Assembly: GCA_013115125.1 (NCBI GenBank) | Contig: JABANN010000004.1 | Coordinates: 62,001 to 126,000, forward strand | DNA length: 64,000 nt | Reading direction: 5' to 3' | Source of the DNA: Perkinsus olseni | Taxonomy: Eukaryota | Part shown: positions 28,558 through 41,228 of the stretch, piece by piece | Layout: each line of letters begins with the position of its first letter | How positions within the stretch are numbered: position 1 is the stretch's first letter | Position numbers and translations under genes: made by a program | The notes under the pieces: generated by a model | The model's input: only the letters and a program-made list of their open reading frames with translations | What the model was told of the DNA's origin: nothing | The model's database searches: none

Positions 28558-29710
28558 TCAACCTCCGGCAACGTCCACATCCATCGCGATGCCCTCAGAT
28601 GGGGCATCGGCGCTCTTGGACTGCTCAACTGGCTCAGCCTACGAGCCGTGCATCAAACGACTCCGGATTCGAGTCGGGGCCTCTTCGGGACTACTTCCAT
28701 GTCTTGGGATTCGCCTTCCTGCGACGTCTTCGGCTGCTCGAGATTCTCTACGGGTGCCTCGTCAGGTTCACTACATTCTACATCACCGCTGTCAGGTTCT
28801 ATCAAGAGAGGAGGGCAGTGATTTCAGAATGCGAGCATACTGTCAATACCATCCTCATCGTCAGTCACTTCCACCTCAGCATCCTTATCGAGAGGTACTG
28901 CCGTGTCGAAGGCTATCCCTTCATCAGCTGCCACGTCGTCGTCTCCCTGATAGACAGATGAGACGTTGACAAAGATTGGGGGTTGGTGGCTACCGTTTCT
29001 GCCGAGGCATCCGGCAAGTAAGGCTGCTGCAGCTCCTTGTTCTCTTCGTCCCAATTGATAACATACTTAGTTATCCTGGGGTTCTCAACATCCACCTTTC
29101 GCAGCAGCCGAGTAAAGTCAATCTCCTCCGGAGGCTCGTTATTCATTTCTTCATTATCATACTAACAACAATGATTTGGAGTATCCCTGGACGGGAGGAG
29201 CTGCTGCCCACCTCATGCTTCAAGTAGAAACCTATTCTGCAGAATTCACGCGTCTGGTATGACGCAGATATAAAGAGACCAGTAACGTCCAATACGTCCT
29301 CTTTCGCAACCTTCGTCAAGTCGGGCGCGGGAGCCTTGACACGAAACAACATAAAACACAAGACGCCCGCAGTGTGGCTAACCTCAAACGTGAACTTCAT
29401 GGTGGCAACCTCGACAGGGCCTAGCTCAACTGTATCAAGCTCCTGATCTTTGCTGAAACCAAGCCGAGGGTTCAGGTAATTTCGACCGATCACCAGGAGC
29501 TTACCTCGAGTCATTAGCGTCAGCGACATACACCATGGCCCATTCAAGATCTTCTTTGAGCTCCTGAAAAAGTGCCTCGTCAAGGGGCACTAACAGCTAC
29601 CCGTGGCTTGCCTTGAGCGCCTCGAATTGAATCTCAAAGGACAGCTTGTCGGAGGCCTTGCAGGGGTTATCTCCAACCAATGAGACCTCGGTCACCGACA
29701 CGATAGACAT
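28558..29710 (-). CDS. ASF1: Histone H3/H4 chaperone Asf1, multi-exon, with acidic tail
   Basis: 'MSIVSVTEV...NP...FEIQFEALK|ELKEDLEW..VYV', 'DQELDTV.LGPV.V..MKFTFE|APAPD', 'SASYQTREFCRIGFY' and 'PRITKYVINWD'. The first intron is GC-AG (29564-29611). Confidence 0.93.
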
Positions 29711-29888
29711 GCAAGCGAAAAGGCGTGGCACTGCCGAGACAAGCCTACCCCATTGAAGAACTAACCCTGCTCCGCGAGGAGATGGAGACAGTACAAGGCT
29801 CAATGAGAGTCAATTCAGGACAGCAAGATGAAACAAATATGCACGCAAGCTTGGTAGGAAAGAAGTAAAATCTACTGCTATCATAGAC

Positions 29889-31701
29889 TTATATGGCATC
29901 GTCCATCTCCTCTAATTCGACGCTCCGGTCGTCAGAAACGTCGGAGCGATCAGTGGCTCGTCTAGACCGACGAGACCAGTACGTAGCCTCGATTGCTTCG
30001 AACTCACCCACGGTCTCACAGATAGGCTGTTCTAAGGTTTCACGAATTCCCCATAGCGCGGCGATGCCACCGAGAAGAGCCGTGCTGCCGAACACCACCA
30101 AGGGTAGGGCTGACGATATTGGAGTGAGCATCTCGACCGTACCAGGGGCCATTGCAGCAGCTAGGCGAGCGCATAAGGAGGATATACCGGTAGCGCTATT
30201 TCTAACGCTCGTAGGGAAAAGCTCAGCTGAGAGTAGATAGACAGCTGCAAAGCAACCGCATGAGGCGCCCTTGCCAACCATTACAACGAAGGTCTGGAGA
30301 GGAGAGTCCGGGGGTGTAAGGATACAGGCATAACCTGCAGTGGCTAACATCAAGAAAAAAACTGCCGATCCTTTAGATCGGCCCAAACCTAGCACGTACA
30401 TAGACGATACAAAACCAGGGATCTCGGCAATAGCAGAGATGGTAGCGGTAATATACACAGAGCTGCCGATGTGCTCAGCAGTCATGTTGATACCGTAATA
30501 AGCGAAGCCAGTGGCGAACCACATGAACATCAGCAACAGGGTAGTACGACGGAGATGATGATATGAGCATAGGGAGGTTAGCTGGGACAAGCATCCCCTC
30601 TCAGGTGAAGCTGAGGCATTATCCGCAGGACGGAGTCTGATGGCCATCACGCTTGACGTCGAGGATGCGTTGAACCGCGCAAGATAGTTCATGACATGCT
30701 CAGCTTCAGCCTTCCTCCCATTCGCTAATAACCACCTGAGAAGGAAAGTACCTCAGTATGCCAGGCACGAGCCTCACCTTGGGGACTCCTGACAGGTGAG
30801 TATGGTGGCGATGCATGTGGGGAGTGATAGAAACGATATAGCTATGCATACCAACCGCCAGGACAGCAGAGTGCACGCTGAGGTGATACAGAAGAGCATA
30901 CCCACGGTGAAGCACCTGAGAGAGAGGCATGCCAGCGACGGGCAGGTGGGGCATCTCACATGTGAAAAGCATTTCCTGTCGTCGTTCTGGCTCGCTGCCC
31001 CCAAACCTCACTAGCCAAGATGAAGGACACCAGCCCCAAGCCACTGGAGAATAGGCCAGAGAAAAAAGTACATATCCAGAAAGAGACGGTACCGAAGCTG
31101 ATGGCAGCACCTGCCAGAGAAGAGAGAAGAGAGAAGAAGGGCTTCGCATAGCACGCATAGAAAATAAAGTATTTACCAGCCATGAAAACACCGCACAATG
31201 CCGAGGCCGAGACCACTGCCGGCTTGCGACCTAGGCGGTCGGCGACGAAGCCCCAAAGGGGTGTGCCAACCATTGAGCCGACAAATGGGGCTGATCGCAG
31301 GACACTGTGCCACTCGGTGGGGAACTGAGGGGATGAGGATGGAAAGATGCGAATCCAACCACTACTTACTTCGTCGAGAACTGACGTGAAGTTAGCGTCT
31401 GCATCGGGGCTCATGGTGGTGAACACAGTGCTTATCATAACAGCACCGAAAATAACCCAAGCCATCCCCATGGTTGCTGTGACACGCTTCTGATATCTGA
31501 GTAGAAGAGGACGTGAGGCCTCAAAAAGGGCTGCGTCTTCTCAGAACAATGCACGACAGAGGAGGACCGGGGCTACCTTCCGAAGCCGTCAGAGGCCTCT
31601 ATCGCCTCGTCTATAGTAATCGCCCCGCACCCGTCATTATCTGACTTCTCCTCCTCATCGGAGTGGGTAGATACAGCCCCGAACAGGTACCGTAGAACCA
31701 T
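29889..31701 (-). CDS. MFS transporter, organic cation/SLC22-like, multi-exon
   Basis: MFS motif A 'GFVADRLGRKP', 'ESPR', 'YLLSAELFPTSVRNSATG', 'ARLAA' and 'RET', with multiple TM helices. Confidence 0.9.
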
Positions 31702-31971
31702 ATCAACTGACGTTCAAGGTTGAGAACAAGTGGAAACCGTGCGCTGTACGTACGCGCGCGCCCAGGCTCGGCGAAGTATTTGAATTTTGGACCCGAGATT
31801 CCTAAGTCGCGCGTCTGCGCCGGCGCTCGGTGGGGAGAGTGAAAGGCTTCAAGTTTTAGCGTCTCCTGCCCTGATCGCTAGAGCGGAACCCCAATCGACG
31901 CGCTTTAATTCAACATCTCGGAAAGATGACGCTATCGAGTTCTTTACTTATGTTCATGCGTTAACCCCGTC

Positions 31972-34671
31972 ATGAAACATCTCCATGGGAAGACGGCTGG
32001 GCAGTACCGGAGCAGGTTCGGGCTAGGTCTCCTACTGCTGCTAATCTCGCTGTCAGTGCGTGCTCATGAGGCTGAAGAGAGTCCAAGAGTACTATTAACG
32101 ACTGTAGCTGGGGATGAAGTCGAGGACTCTACGGCATTGAATGTGTTGAAGGCTGTGGGATGGGCTGCCCTGTCGGCTATCTCCCTTCCCATTGGCTCGA
32201 CCATAGCTATATTCTGGCCTCCGGGCCAGCGTGTCTCCAGCATACTACTAGCGTTTGGATCTGGCTCTCTACTCGAGGCCCTCAGCATTGAGCTATTCGG
32301 ACATGTACTGCATGCTACGGATGACAATAGGGTGGTCTATTCATTGATCGCTGGAGCCCTCATAGGATGCCTGATATTCGTGCTCCTTAACAAGGTACTG
32401 GAGGGAGCACGTTCATATCGTCTCCATTTAGTGGTGTTTTAGATGCTGAATGATCGTGGTGGCTTCTACCGCCATGAGAATATGATAAGTCAGTATGTAA
32501 TGCGTGTTAAGATGAAGATGATGGAAAGCCTATTGAGGAGGTTGAAGCAAGTACCAATGCTTAGCGGACTGCGGGATATCGAACTTTATAACCTTGCCAA
32601 AGTAACCATCAGGAGCCTATCCCCCGCTTCAGCCTACTGTCCTTTGTCCTCAGTCGCTTGAGAGCTCCCGCTACCGTGCCGGGGACCTGGTAATATGCGA
32701 CGCGACCACGAGCGCCGCTGCCTACTCTCCATTATTCTTCGTCGTCAGTGGTGAAGTGTTGGTCACAACACGCTTTAACGATGGGGTTGAAAGTGAGCTG
32801 CGTCTCATCTAACGAATCCTGGATGATCCCTACAGGTACTTGTGTGGCCGGCCCTAATGCTATATTCGGGCAGATGACTCTGTGCACCGGGGTACCAGTA
32901 GTTACCACGGCACTTACCCAGACGCCGGTTAAGCTACTTCGACTACCGGCTGCTGAGGTGAGATCATCATATCCGATGGTTTAGTGGTGAGGTCCTGTCA
33001 TGTTTAGGTTCAGCGACTACTCCTCGAGAAGGATAGTGTTCGAGAGTTCGTATCCAACTGTGCAGTATCAAGGCTGAGCCAGCCGGGCACGGTTTTCGCC
33101 GATTGTTCCGAAGAGACTTTGGTGAGTTAGTAATTGTCAGGGTCTGCTCGCCACTCTTGTGGCTCTGCTGTCAGGCTCGGCTAGTATCGGCAATGACTCA
33201 GTGCGAGCTGCAGATTGGTGACGTCCTATTCTTCGAGGTCGACCGTACCTGTCCGATCTACCTTGTCATTCTAGGCCAGGTGATAGCCTCTTGATAGACA
33301 CTTTTCTTGACATTGATCGGATCAGATTGAAGTATGGTATGAAAGTGACCCGGCAGTAGCATCTCTCGGACATGGGAGCATCGAAAACGAGTTCGTCAGC
33401 GAAGGTGTGCCTGTGCATCCCACTGGGGAACGGATACTGTTCGCTGTGAGCGAGCTCATTGGGACTGAGCATTTGGTTTACGGTCACTCTGTGGCGGCCG
33501 TGGCAACTGCCACGAAGCCTACGGTGGTATTCAAGGTAGTAACAGTGAGACGGAACTGCCCATTCATCGAGACTACGCCTACTCAGTTGCAACGGCACGA
33601 TCTGGATCAACTGATGGAGCACGACGGAGCGCTACGAGCAGCTATGGAGAAATATGCCACTAGACAACTGTCTGGTCGCTTACAAGAAAGTATGATCCGA
33701 ATCTATGAACAGATGGGTATGTCTTTGCCTTAGGCGCGAACACTACCCCTCGTCCAACCTTTCACCGTTCATCGTCTGTAGTATTTCCTGGTTTGATTGA
33801 TCTGAAACTGCCTGGTCCATCACCAGAGGTGCCGGTACTCCGACCATCAATGACTACAGCATTTGATAGGGCGGTCCCTCATGACCCTCCCAGGCTTCGC
33901 TCGTACACTCAAACATTCGTCGACAATGTCATATCCACACCACACTCCACCCCGATTACGCGGGCAGGGACCAGGCACATGTCCGCCGTTTGGGCAGATG
34001 ACGACTATACTATATCAAAGATTGCACGACACATGAGCCCTGTAGCGGCCGTGGCGCATTTGGATGTTCATGACTTGGTTTCTGTATGCGACGATGAATC
34101 AAGTGAAGCATCCGAGGCGTTGTCGAAGCACTCCGATGTAGCCAGTGGCCATGCACTAGACAATGAAGAAGTTGTTAGCGTTTGCTCGGATGGCAAGTCA
34201 AGACGTCACGCTGCCACTGTGGTCTGGTTAGGGATACTCATTGATGGTATACCGGAATCTCTGGTGATTGGAATACTAGTATCGACCAGCTCGCTGAATA
34301 GCGTGATTACTTTTGTCTTTGGGGTTTTCATGGCTAACCTACCGGAGGCCATGAGCTCTTCAGCCACCATGCTCCAATATGGGATGTCCCGGACTAGAGT
34401 ATTCATAATGTGGTCATCTATAGTCATCTTGACTGCTGTCGGGGCAGCTCTGGGGAGCTTCATATTCCCACCTATCCCAGAGGATGAGACCACTCTAGTG
34501 AGAGAGGTGATGATTGCTATGATCGAAGGCTGTGGTGGGGGTGCTATGCTTGCTATGATTGCGGAGACTGCCCTACCTGAAGCTAGTCATGCGAGTAGCG
34601 TAACGGGTTTGGTTGGCACCAGCACTGTGGCTGGTTTCCTTAGCACGCTCTTCGTCAAGTCGCTTGCCTAA
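31972..34671 (+). CDS. ZIP/ZupT-family metal transporter with two cNMP-binding-like domains inserted, multi-exon
   Basis: N-terminal half 'AISLPIG..LLAFGSGSLLEALSIELF'; C-terminal half 'WLGILIDGIPESLVIG...FMANLPEAMSSS...GAMLAMIAETALPEA'. The intervening exons encode 'LKQVPMLSGL...YRAGDLVI...LFFVVSGEV...IFGQM' and 'VFADCSEETL...IGDVLF...IYLVILGQ'. Confidence 0.8.
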
Positions 34672-36375
34672 TGTCGAGACTACTGTTTTTACATTTAATT
34701 TCATTCGACTACGGTCAATCGCTGTGTGAGTATCATCTTGTTGTGTTGAAGATGATCGATGCATCGATCGGCTCACTATGCTGGTTTGCGCAGCATGCTG
34801 GTTTGCCGTTGGAGTTAGCGAAGCATATTAGCTTCTTGGTATTGGCTCCCTCGGACACCGGCATGTTCTGTTGCTCGGAGTCGTTCTAAAACGATCCCTC
34901 GCTTGAACGACTAAGCGCAACTCAACTTGATACCACACTCTCGGAGACTCGAGAAAAGATTATTGGGCGTGCGCCAACAACGTTGATGCAGTTCATGCAA
35001 ACGGCAAGACGGTGACCAGCCTTTCGGTGAAAATATGCTATTAGGGTTAGGGGCTATGTTTCGAAAAGTGTAGGGGATTCTCGTTATCCTAGCACTCCCA
35101 AGGACGGGTGTCTAGCATCGAAAGCGTCCGCACAGGACTTCCTGCGGTCAACACACGTATCCGCACGATCTACAGCGACCGCGCAGTCTACCCCTTCCGA
35201 ATGGGGTCTTGTGGCCCGTCGATCCAGGAGAAATATTAGGGATGCTTTCTGCGTGTTGGGCGGGGTGCTGGGGACGACCCCAGAATCCGTTAACGGGCAT
35301 AGAAGCCTCGATGGCGCTGGCTGGGTTGAGTATTAAAGGGCTCCGAGTCGAACACAAATTACGTCCAGTGATTGACTTCTCATTGAAGAAGCTGTGTGTG
35401 GGGGCACTTTTTCAGTAGTTTGACATGGCCTGGCTCTCCCGTACCTTGACCGACCCTTCGGGGGTAGAGCTACTGCAATCTAGAGCTCAGTGGCACCGGA
35501 CTACACGACCAGCTGGCTCGTACAAGCCCTGCCGCCGGTAGTCCGCTAGTTCATCACTCGACCGCTCAGTCGTGTGACCGCCGCCGCCTCCCTTCAGGAT
35601 AACTCCACTGAAGGAGCACCTTTGTCGGACGGCTTCTACTGGGTCGTTGCATTTCTCTGCATCATCCCCTTCAGTATCAGGGGAGGGTCAGAGAGAGGGA
35701 CTGTTCACCGAGGCAGAGAGGTAATCATCGTGCCCTGAGGGTCTACTTAAATGTTTCGGTGATGTAGGTTCGCCAGAGGCTCTATGGCCTTGGATCGTAC
35801 TGTATCGGAGAGTAGGCTGGAGAAGCCAATAGCAGGACTAGATAGTAATCAAGTCACTATCATTGGTGGTCAGGCTGTACCGAGAACATTCTTCGAGGAC
35901 GCTTCGCCTTCACTCACAGTATTTCTGCGCGGTGTCAGGTAGCGTTCAAATAGCGCGAAGAAGAGCTGTTTTCAAGGAGCTGCCTCGGGACCGGCCGTAC
36001 TCCTTCGGATACCCCATCCATCATCACTTTGACAGAGGAACACTACACACCGTTGGGTTCAGGAAAAAGTGAGGGCGGACATACTCGGTATATTAGGGGA
36101 TGTACCGAGCTTCAGTTGCCTTTTACATCACAGCAGAGGCTGCCATGCTAGACGAGTACATGTTGGTAGTCTGAGACCGTGGTACGACCGGTCCTCTAAG
36201 GTGTTCCCTTGATGCTGCTCACTGTCGTACTCATGATCAACCTGATTGTTGCGTTGCCCAACTCGAATGAAGAAGAAAGGGTTTCTCTTAGGTTTTTGGG
36301 GTTGTTGCTATTATTGCCTTTACCCCTTTCCAGCTGGTAACTGCCACACTGTCCTGCATCACAGTGTTTTCGTAG

Positions 36376-37461
36376 ATGACGCACGGTACCTCTTCGAGGA
36401 CTAGCGGACAGCAGCAGCAGCAGCAGCAGCAGCGTAGTAAGAATTGTGGGAGCTACACACCTTCAACTTCATCAGCGCCTCCTGCAACGGACGGGTGCTG
36501 TATACCACAATGGCTTGGTCATCCCCGTAGGCTAAAGTCTTACGCGGTCTTTGAGCCCTTCCCTGAGAAAGAGTATCGCAAAGTTCAGAAATTGGCCTCG
36601 GCTATCCACGGCAAAGTCTACTTATACGAACATATTCCTACAGGCAAGGCGGTAGTGGTAAAGAAGATGCCTAATGTTAATGTAATACAGTTCGACCCGA
36701 GGATGCTGGAGGATGCTATGACCGAGATCGGCGTATCAAGGTATCTGGCTACCTGTACATCAGGCGAGTTTATTGCACGAGCCTTTGGTATATACCAAGA
36801 TGAAGAGTTTACATACTTTATGTCGGAGTACTCGTCTGGAGGGGAGCTCTTCGATCATGTCGTCAACGCTAAGCAGTTCTCTGAGCCCGTCGCTAAGAAG
36901 TACACCTGGCAAGTCTTGCGGGCGGTGAAGTCACTGCACTGCAATGGTATAGTACATAGGGATATATCCTTAGAGAATACCCTTCTACACGATGATGGCT
37001 CAGTTAGAGTTATAGATTTCGGTCAGGCTGTGTTACTGAATTATCCCGAGGGTCCTACTCCTAACACGCCATTACTTCATTCGGGCAGGGCTGGTAAGGC
37101 CTATTACAGAGCCCCCGAAATGTATCATGGTCACTACTTGGGAGCCCCGGCCGATCTCTTTGCTGTTGGTGTGATGCTATTCATCATGACGGTTGGTACG
37201 CCGCCGTGGAATCAAGCCAGTGTTGCTGATGCCCGGTTTCGCTATGTGGCGAAGTTTGGAGTGGTTAAACTCTTGACTAGCTGGCAAAGGGCCCAGCTCA
37301 TGTCAACAGAGCTACTAGATTTATTGGAAGGGCTCATGTGCGTTGATCCGAGTAAGAGGATGACAGTAGATGAGGCACTCGATCATCCGTGGTTCGACGA
37401 CTGCGACTGTGAGGAGCAACCCTTGATTCTGCATAGCCCTCGAAGTCTCACCCCTCCGTGA
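36376..37461 (+). CDS. Ser/Thr protein kinase (CAMK-group-like), intronless
   Basis: VVVK, 'EYSSGGELFD', 'HRDISLEN', 'DFG', 'YYRAPE', 'DLFAVGVMLF' and 'EALDHPW'. The glycine loop is deviant (LASAIHGKV). Confidence 0.93.
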   Translation: MTHGTSSRTSGQQQQQQQQRSKNCGSYTPSTSSAPPATDGCCIPQWLGHPRRLKSYAVFEPFPEKEYRKVQKLASAIHGKVYLYEHIPTGKAVVVKKMPNVNVIQFDPRMLEDAMTEIGVSRYLATCTSGEFIARAFGIYQDEEFTYFMSEYSSGGELFDHVVNAKQFSEPVAKKYTWQVLRAVKSLHCNGIVHRDISLENTLLHDDGSVRVIDFGQAVLLNYPEGPTPNTPLLHSGRAGKAYYRAPEMYHGHYLGAPADLFAVGVMLFIMTVGTPPWNQASVADARFRYVAKFGVVKLLTSWQRAQLMSTELLDLLEGLMCVDPSKRMTVDEALDHPWFDDCDCEEQPLILHSPRSLTPP

Positions 37462-37761
37462 TGCCAATGATGTTAATGATTATTATCATCATTTACTATC
37501 ATCATCATCATCACCAGTACTACCACTACTACTGAATACTATATATGACTAGTTTCAGCTACGCTTCGTTTCCTAGTTAGACAATGGTTGACTGCAGCTG
37601 CGGTTGATGTAGCAATTAGATAGACTCCGTAGTCTTTGGGATTGCTGTCTTAATGATAATATTTCCATCAGCAATGAGATTTTGTGTCGAGTGATTTTGA
37701 TGAGGGGCATCTCGCGGTGGAGAACAGTCGCTGCTGCAGCATATTTTATATAGTACCTATT

Positions 37762-40737
37762 ATGGGAGGAAGTGGAGATGGGGGAACTCTCACAGTTCGG
37801 GTAGTGTCACCGGCTGAGGAGGAAGGATCGTATAATGAAGTATCCGTGAGGATGAAACCTAAGCATAAGTTGGACAAATTACTCCGATCATGGTGCAAGC
37901 ATCAACAGGTCATTGTCATCACCATCATCGGGATGGCTCGGGGATCCTTTCTATACGCAGATCCCACCGGATACTGTGAAGTTGATAAATGCCGAAAAGA
38001 CAGAAGAGTTGCCGCCGTCGACTAAGGCAGGCGAGCTACCGGAGCCGAGGACAGTCTATGCTGTCCCGAAGAGTTTCGAATTGAACTCGAACGAAGTCGC
38101 GGATTCCACGGTACTAGCGGTTGGGGCCCTTTCTCTGCCCGGAGATTATCGGGATGATGATACTCAGGTTGCGGAGGGCGCTGGTGGGGAAGAAGGCCTG
38201 CCTCCCGCGAGTGATAGACCATCGCCTCCACCCACCCCTATGAATGTTTCTGTTGTTCTACAGCAGAAGGATGTTGAGACTAACAGGATTGATGTTACCC
38301 TCCCGGGGGCCGTGAAGTGGTCTAGGATGCTGAAGGCATGGTAGTGGTGGCTCATGGTTGGTGAAGGTGGAAATGACAACGGGTTAGGCTCACCAAGTAT
38401 CCTAGCCAGAGCCGAGCTAGGATACGTTTCCTGCTTTTACCGGACAGAGAGGAGGTGGACATGGACTCGGCAGTAGAGCATGTTGTGATGGGTGACGGCC
38501 ACTTCTGCCGCATCGAGGTGGATGTGACCATGCCAACTGAGGAGTCGGAGCCGACCTCCAAGGTAGCCTAAGTGGTAGCATTTGTCGAGCACCGCCATTG
38601 TGACGGCGTATTACCTCAGACGACAGCAGCTGATGGTAGTATGCAGTTGGCGGTCACCAACGAGCTCACAGGAGTGCACTCTCAAGTCGTTGTCGGTCCC
38701 AATCCTGCTCGGTCTGACTTCTTAAAGATGATTGGTCATGAGGGCCCATGTGAAATAGGGATAGACGGTCGTCTAGTGGAAGGGGCATACTTGACGGGAG
38801 TAGCCGCTGATGGCAGCAGTACTGCCGTCGTACGTCCATCGCCATCAGCTCCTCTCACTGTCCGAGTACGAGACAAGCGTACTGGTGTGCGAAGGACTAT
38901 TCGCTGCGCTGAGGCCGGTACTGTTGGAGACGTACTAGTGGAGTGGAGGAGGAGTGTGGATGCCGACGAGGCTGTTGATATCGAGGCTATCGGGGTCGAT
39001 GCAGGGACGCTAGTGTCTACGTAAGGCGGGTTTCCGATCGACAACCTGGACAGAAAATGGTGATAAGCTGCGTGGTATCCCGTACTACAGAGCTAGTGAC
39101 CAGTACTTCCGTCTTATTCACGGTCCGCGAGTCTCCATCGCGGAGTTGCTTGGTGTTGGTCAGGTTGCCGTATGAGGAGGATCCCTACTCTCTCATGGCC
39201 GATTCTCGTGAGTATACTTTGGAGCTGTTGTCTGTCGTGCCGCCGTGTGTATCCTCCGACAACAAGCCAGTGGAGGACGAGGAACCTCTAGGCTTCGATA
39301 TTGCTCCACCACCATCACCTCGCCAAGAGGCTACCGAACCGGCACCCCAATCATCAGCTTACCATCAGCAAGCTGTTGCGGACTCATTAAAGCCAGTCGA
39401 GGAGGCGACCGCGAATCCTCCACTGAAAGGACCAGAGCCACCGCCACCTCCCGAGGCTGCCCAGGCTAATCAATCGTTAGCGGGGAAAACGGCAGAGCCT
39501 GCTGTGGAGTCGAGGCCGTCAGAGCCTGGGAAGCCTCAAGGCCCAACAACCTACTTGGTTACTGTGAAAGATGTGAGGGATGGGAGCCCCGAAGAGCCTA
39601 GGGAGGAGGTCTTCCGTATGAAGGCTCGGTGCGCCTGGAAGAAGATGACGAAGCGCTTCTCGGATAGTGTTGATCCGAGGCCGGACGATACCGTGAGCCA
39701 TCTGGAAAGCAGCAGCCTTCTCATCACTATGTCCTCTCTTAGGCGGTGTATCGTGTACTACTCCCAGGCGGGCGCACGTTTGATATCGATGACGAGAATC
39801 GACGAATCTACGAGACGTTGGAGGATGGGCGGCTGGTGAATTGGGAGCAGGGGGATGCGGAGCCAGAGCTCGAGGTTAATCTCATGCTGCGGGGTCGGAC
39901 TACCCAGCATAGTGTCGATCACAAGCTAGGAGAGGAACTCCAACCTCATCCACCCGATGGCAGCCGATCTGCACTGGGATCTTCCTCGGCGACGGGAAGT
40001 AAAGCTTCGGAAGGGTCCGGGTCACCGAGGGTTAAGAAGCCAAGGGCGAAGGCGAAGGCTAAGGCGAAAGCGAAAGCGAAGGCAAAAGCGAAGGCAAAAC
40101 CAAAGTCGAAGGCCAAGGCGAAGGCCAAGCCGAGAGCTAAAAGCGTTCGGCGGTCGAAGCCCGAGGCGAATTCAGATGTGGAGGGATCCTCGTCGTCATC
40201 CAGTTCAAGAACTTCTTCTAGTAACCCGAGCCTATCCACGAGTGAAGCGTCGAGCGAAGAAGGCCGCAAGCGGAAGGCCGCCGATCGAAAATCCACACTG
40301 GCGGATGAGGCAGCCACTAGTAACCGGGAAGGGTCCCCGGATAGGTCCTCGCCTGAGACGTCATCTACATCTACGGCCCGCCCGAAGAAGCGAGCCCGGA
40401 AAGGCGGGGGCAGGACTGTGAAGGTGGAGGGGCGGAAGGATGCAGCGCAACAGGCAGCTCTTCTACTGTTCTATGAGCAACAAAAAGCAGCGAAGAAGCT
40501 GGCTGAGGACGGCGCAGGCTCGGAGGTAAGCCAGGTCAGGGATGGTACATCGTCGTCACTGTATGGTCGATTCAGGGCTCATCTCGTCCGCGAAGAAGGC
40601 GGACGAGATCTCCAGAGGAGTATCTGGATGATGACACTTTGATGGCAATCGCCCTCTCCCAGTCCCTCGCTGAGCGAGGAGAACCTCGGAAGGACGAGAG
40701 TGATTCTTCAGGGTCCTCTGACCCTCACCAGACTTGA
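37762..40737 (+). CDS. Protein with several ubiquitin/SUMO-like beta-grasp segments, a Lys-Ala repeat and a C-terminal UIM, multi-exon
   Basis: Repeated Ubl-like segments 'LTVRVVS..VSVRMKPKHKLDKLLRSWC', 'VSVVLQQ..IDVTLPGAVKWSRMLKAW', 'LTVRVRDK..TVGDVL' and 'YLVTVKD..EVFRMKARCAWKKMTKRF'. The last exon contains 'EEYLDDDTLMAIALSQSLAE' (UIM pattern) and stops at 40735-40737. Confidence 0.55.
40046..40142 (+). repeat. Coding (GCNAAR)n repeat encoding a Lys-Ala tract
   Basis: gcgaaggcgaaggctaaggcgaaagcgaaagcgaaggcaaaagcgaaggcaaaa... translates as AKAKAKAKAKAKAKAKPKSKAKAKAKPRAK. Confidence 0.85.
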
Positions 40738-40835
40738 CATTTGTGTTTGTGTGTTTCACCACCATCCTGCTTATGTTGTCTTCAAGTAGTACCTCCAGAA
40801 TGGCCTTCTGCTCTAGCCGGTGTTTGCTGTACCGC

Positions 40836-41228
40836 ATGCGAGCCTCAGCTCTGATAGCACTCCTAGCCCTGCCCGTCGTCTCCGGCGAGGAGGGCCAACC
40901 AGTACCCGACAGCTCGCGCCAGATCGTCGTGGACCCCGCTGAGAACTCCACAGTTGTAGCGGACTTCGCGATTCCGGCACCACCACAGCCAGTGTCAGTT
41001 GTCGCTGACGCGGACTCCGATTCCCCTCGGTTACCCGCCTCCGCCACCGCGGTGAAGTCGACGTACTCTAGTGATTGGCCCAGCGTACTGTGGTTCGTAG
41101 CGTGGTGGGGATGTATTCTTGTGGCTTCTCTGTGGTGGCTGTCACGTAAGAAAGCATGGCTGACCCGAGAAAAGCAGCAGAGACTAGAGCAGCTGGTCTA
41201 CGGTGGGGCTGGTGCAGTGGCGCGGTAA
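40836..41228 (+). CDS. Small type-I membrane protein (signal peptide plus single TM), hypothetical
   Basis: Signal peptide 'MRASALIALLALPVVSG', an acidic Pro/Ser-rich ectodomain, and TM 'VLWFVAWWGCILVASLWWL' followed by the basic stop-transfer 'SRKK'. Confidence 0.6.
   Translation: MRASALIALLALPVVSGEEGQPVPDSSRQIVVDPAENSTVVADFAIPAPPQPVSVVADADSDSPRLPASATAVKSTYSSDWPSVLWFVAWWGCILVASLWWLSRKKAWLTREKQQRLEQLVYGGAGAVAR

Noticed and set aside
35041-35052. TTAGGGTTAGGG telomere-like repeat
   Set aside because: Only two units, internal, with no flanking array; compatible with chance.
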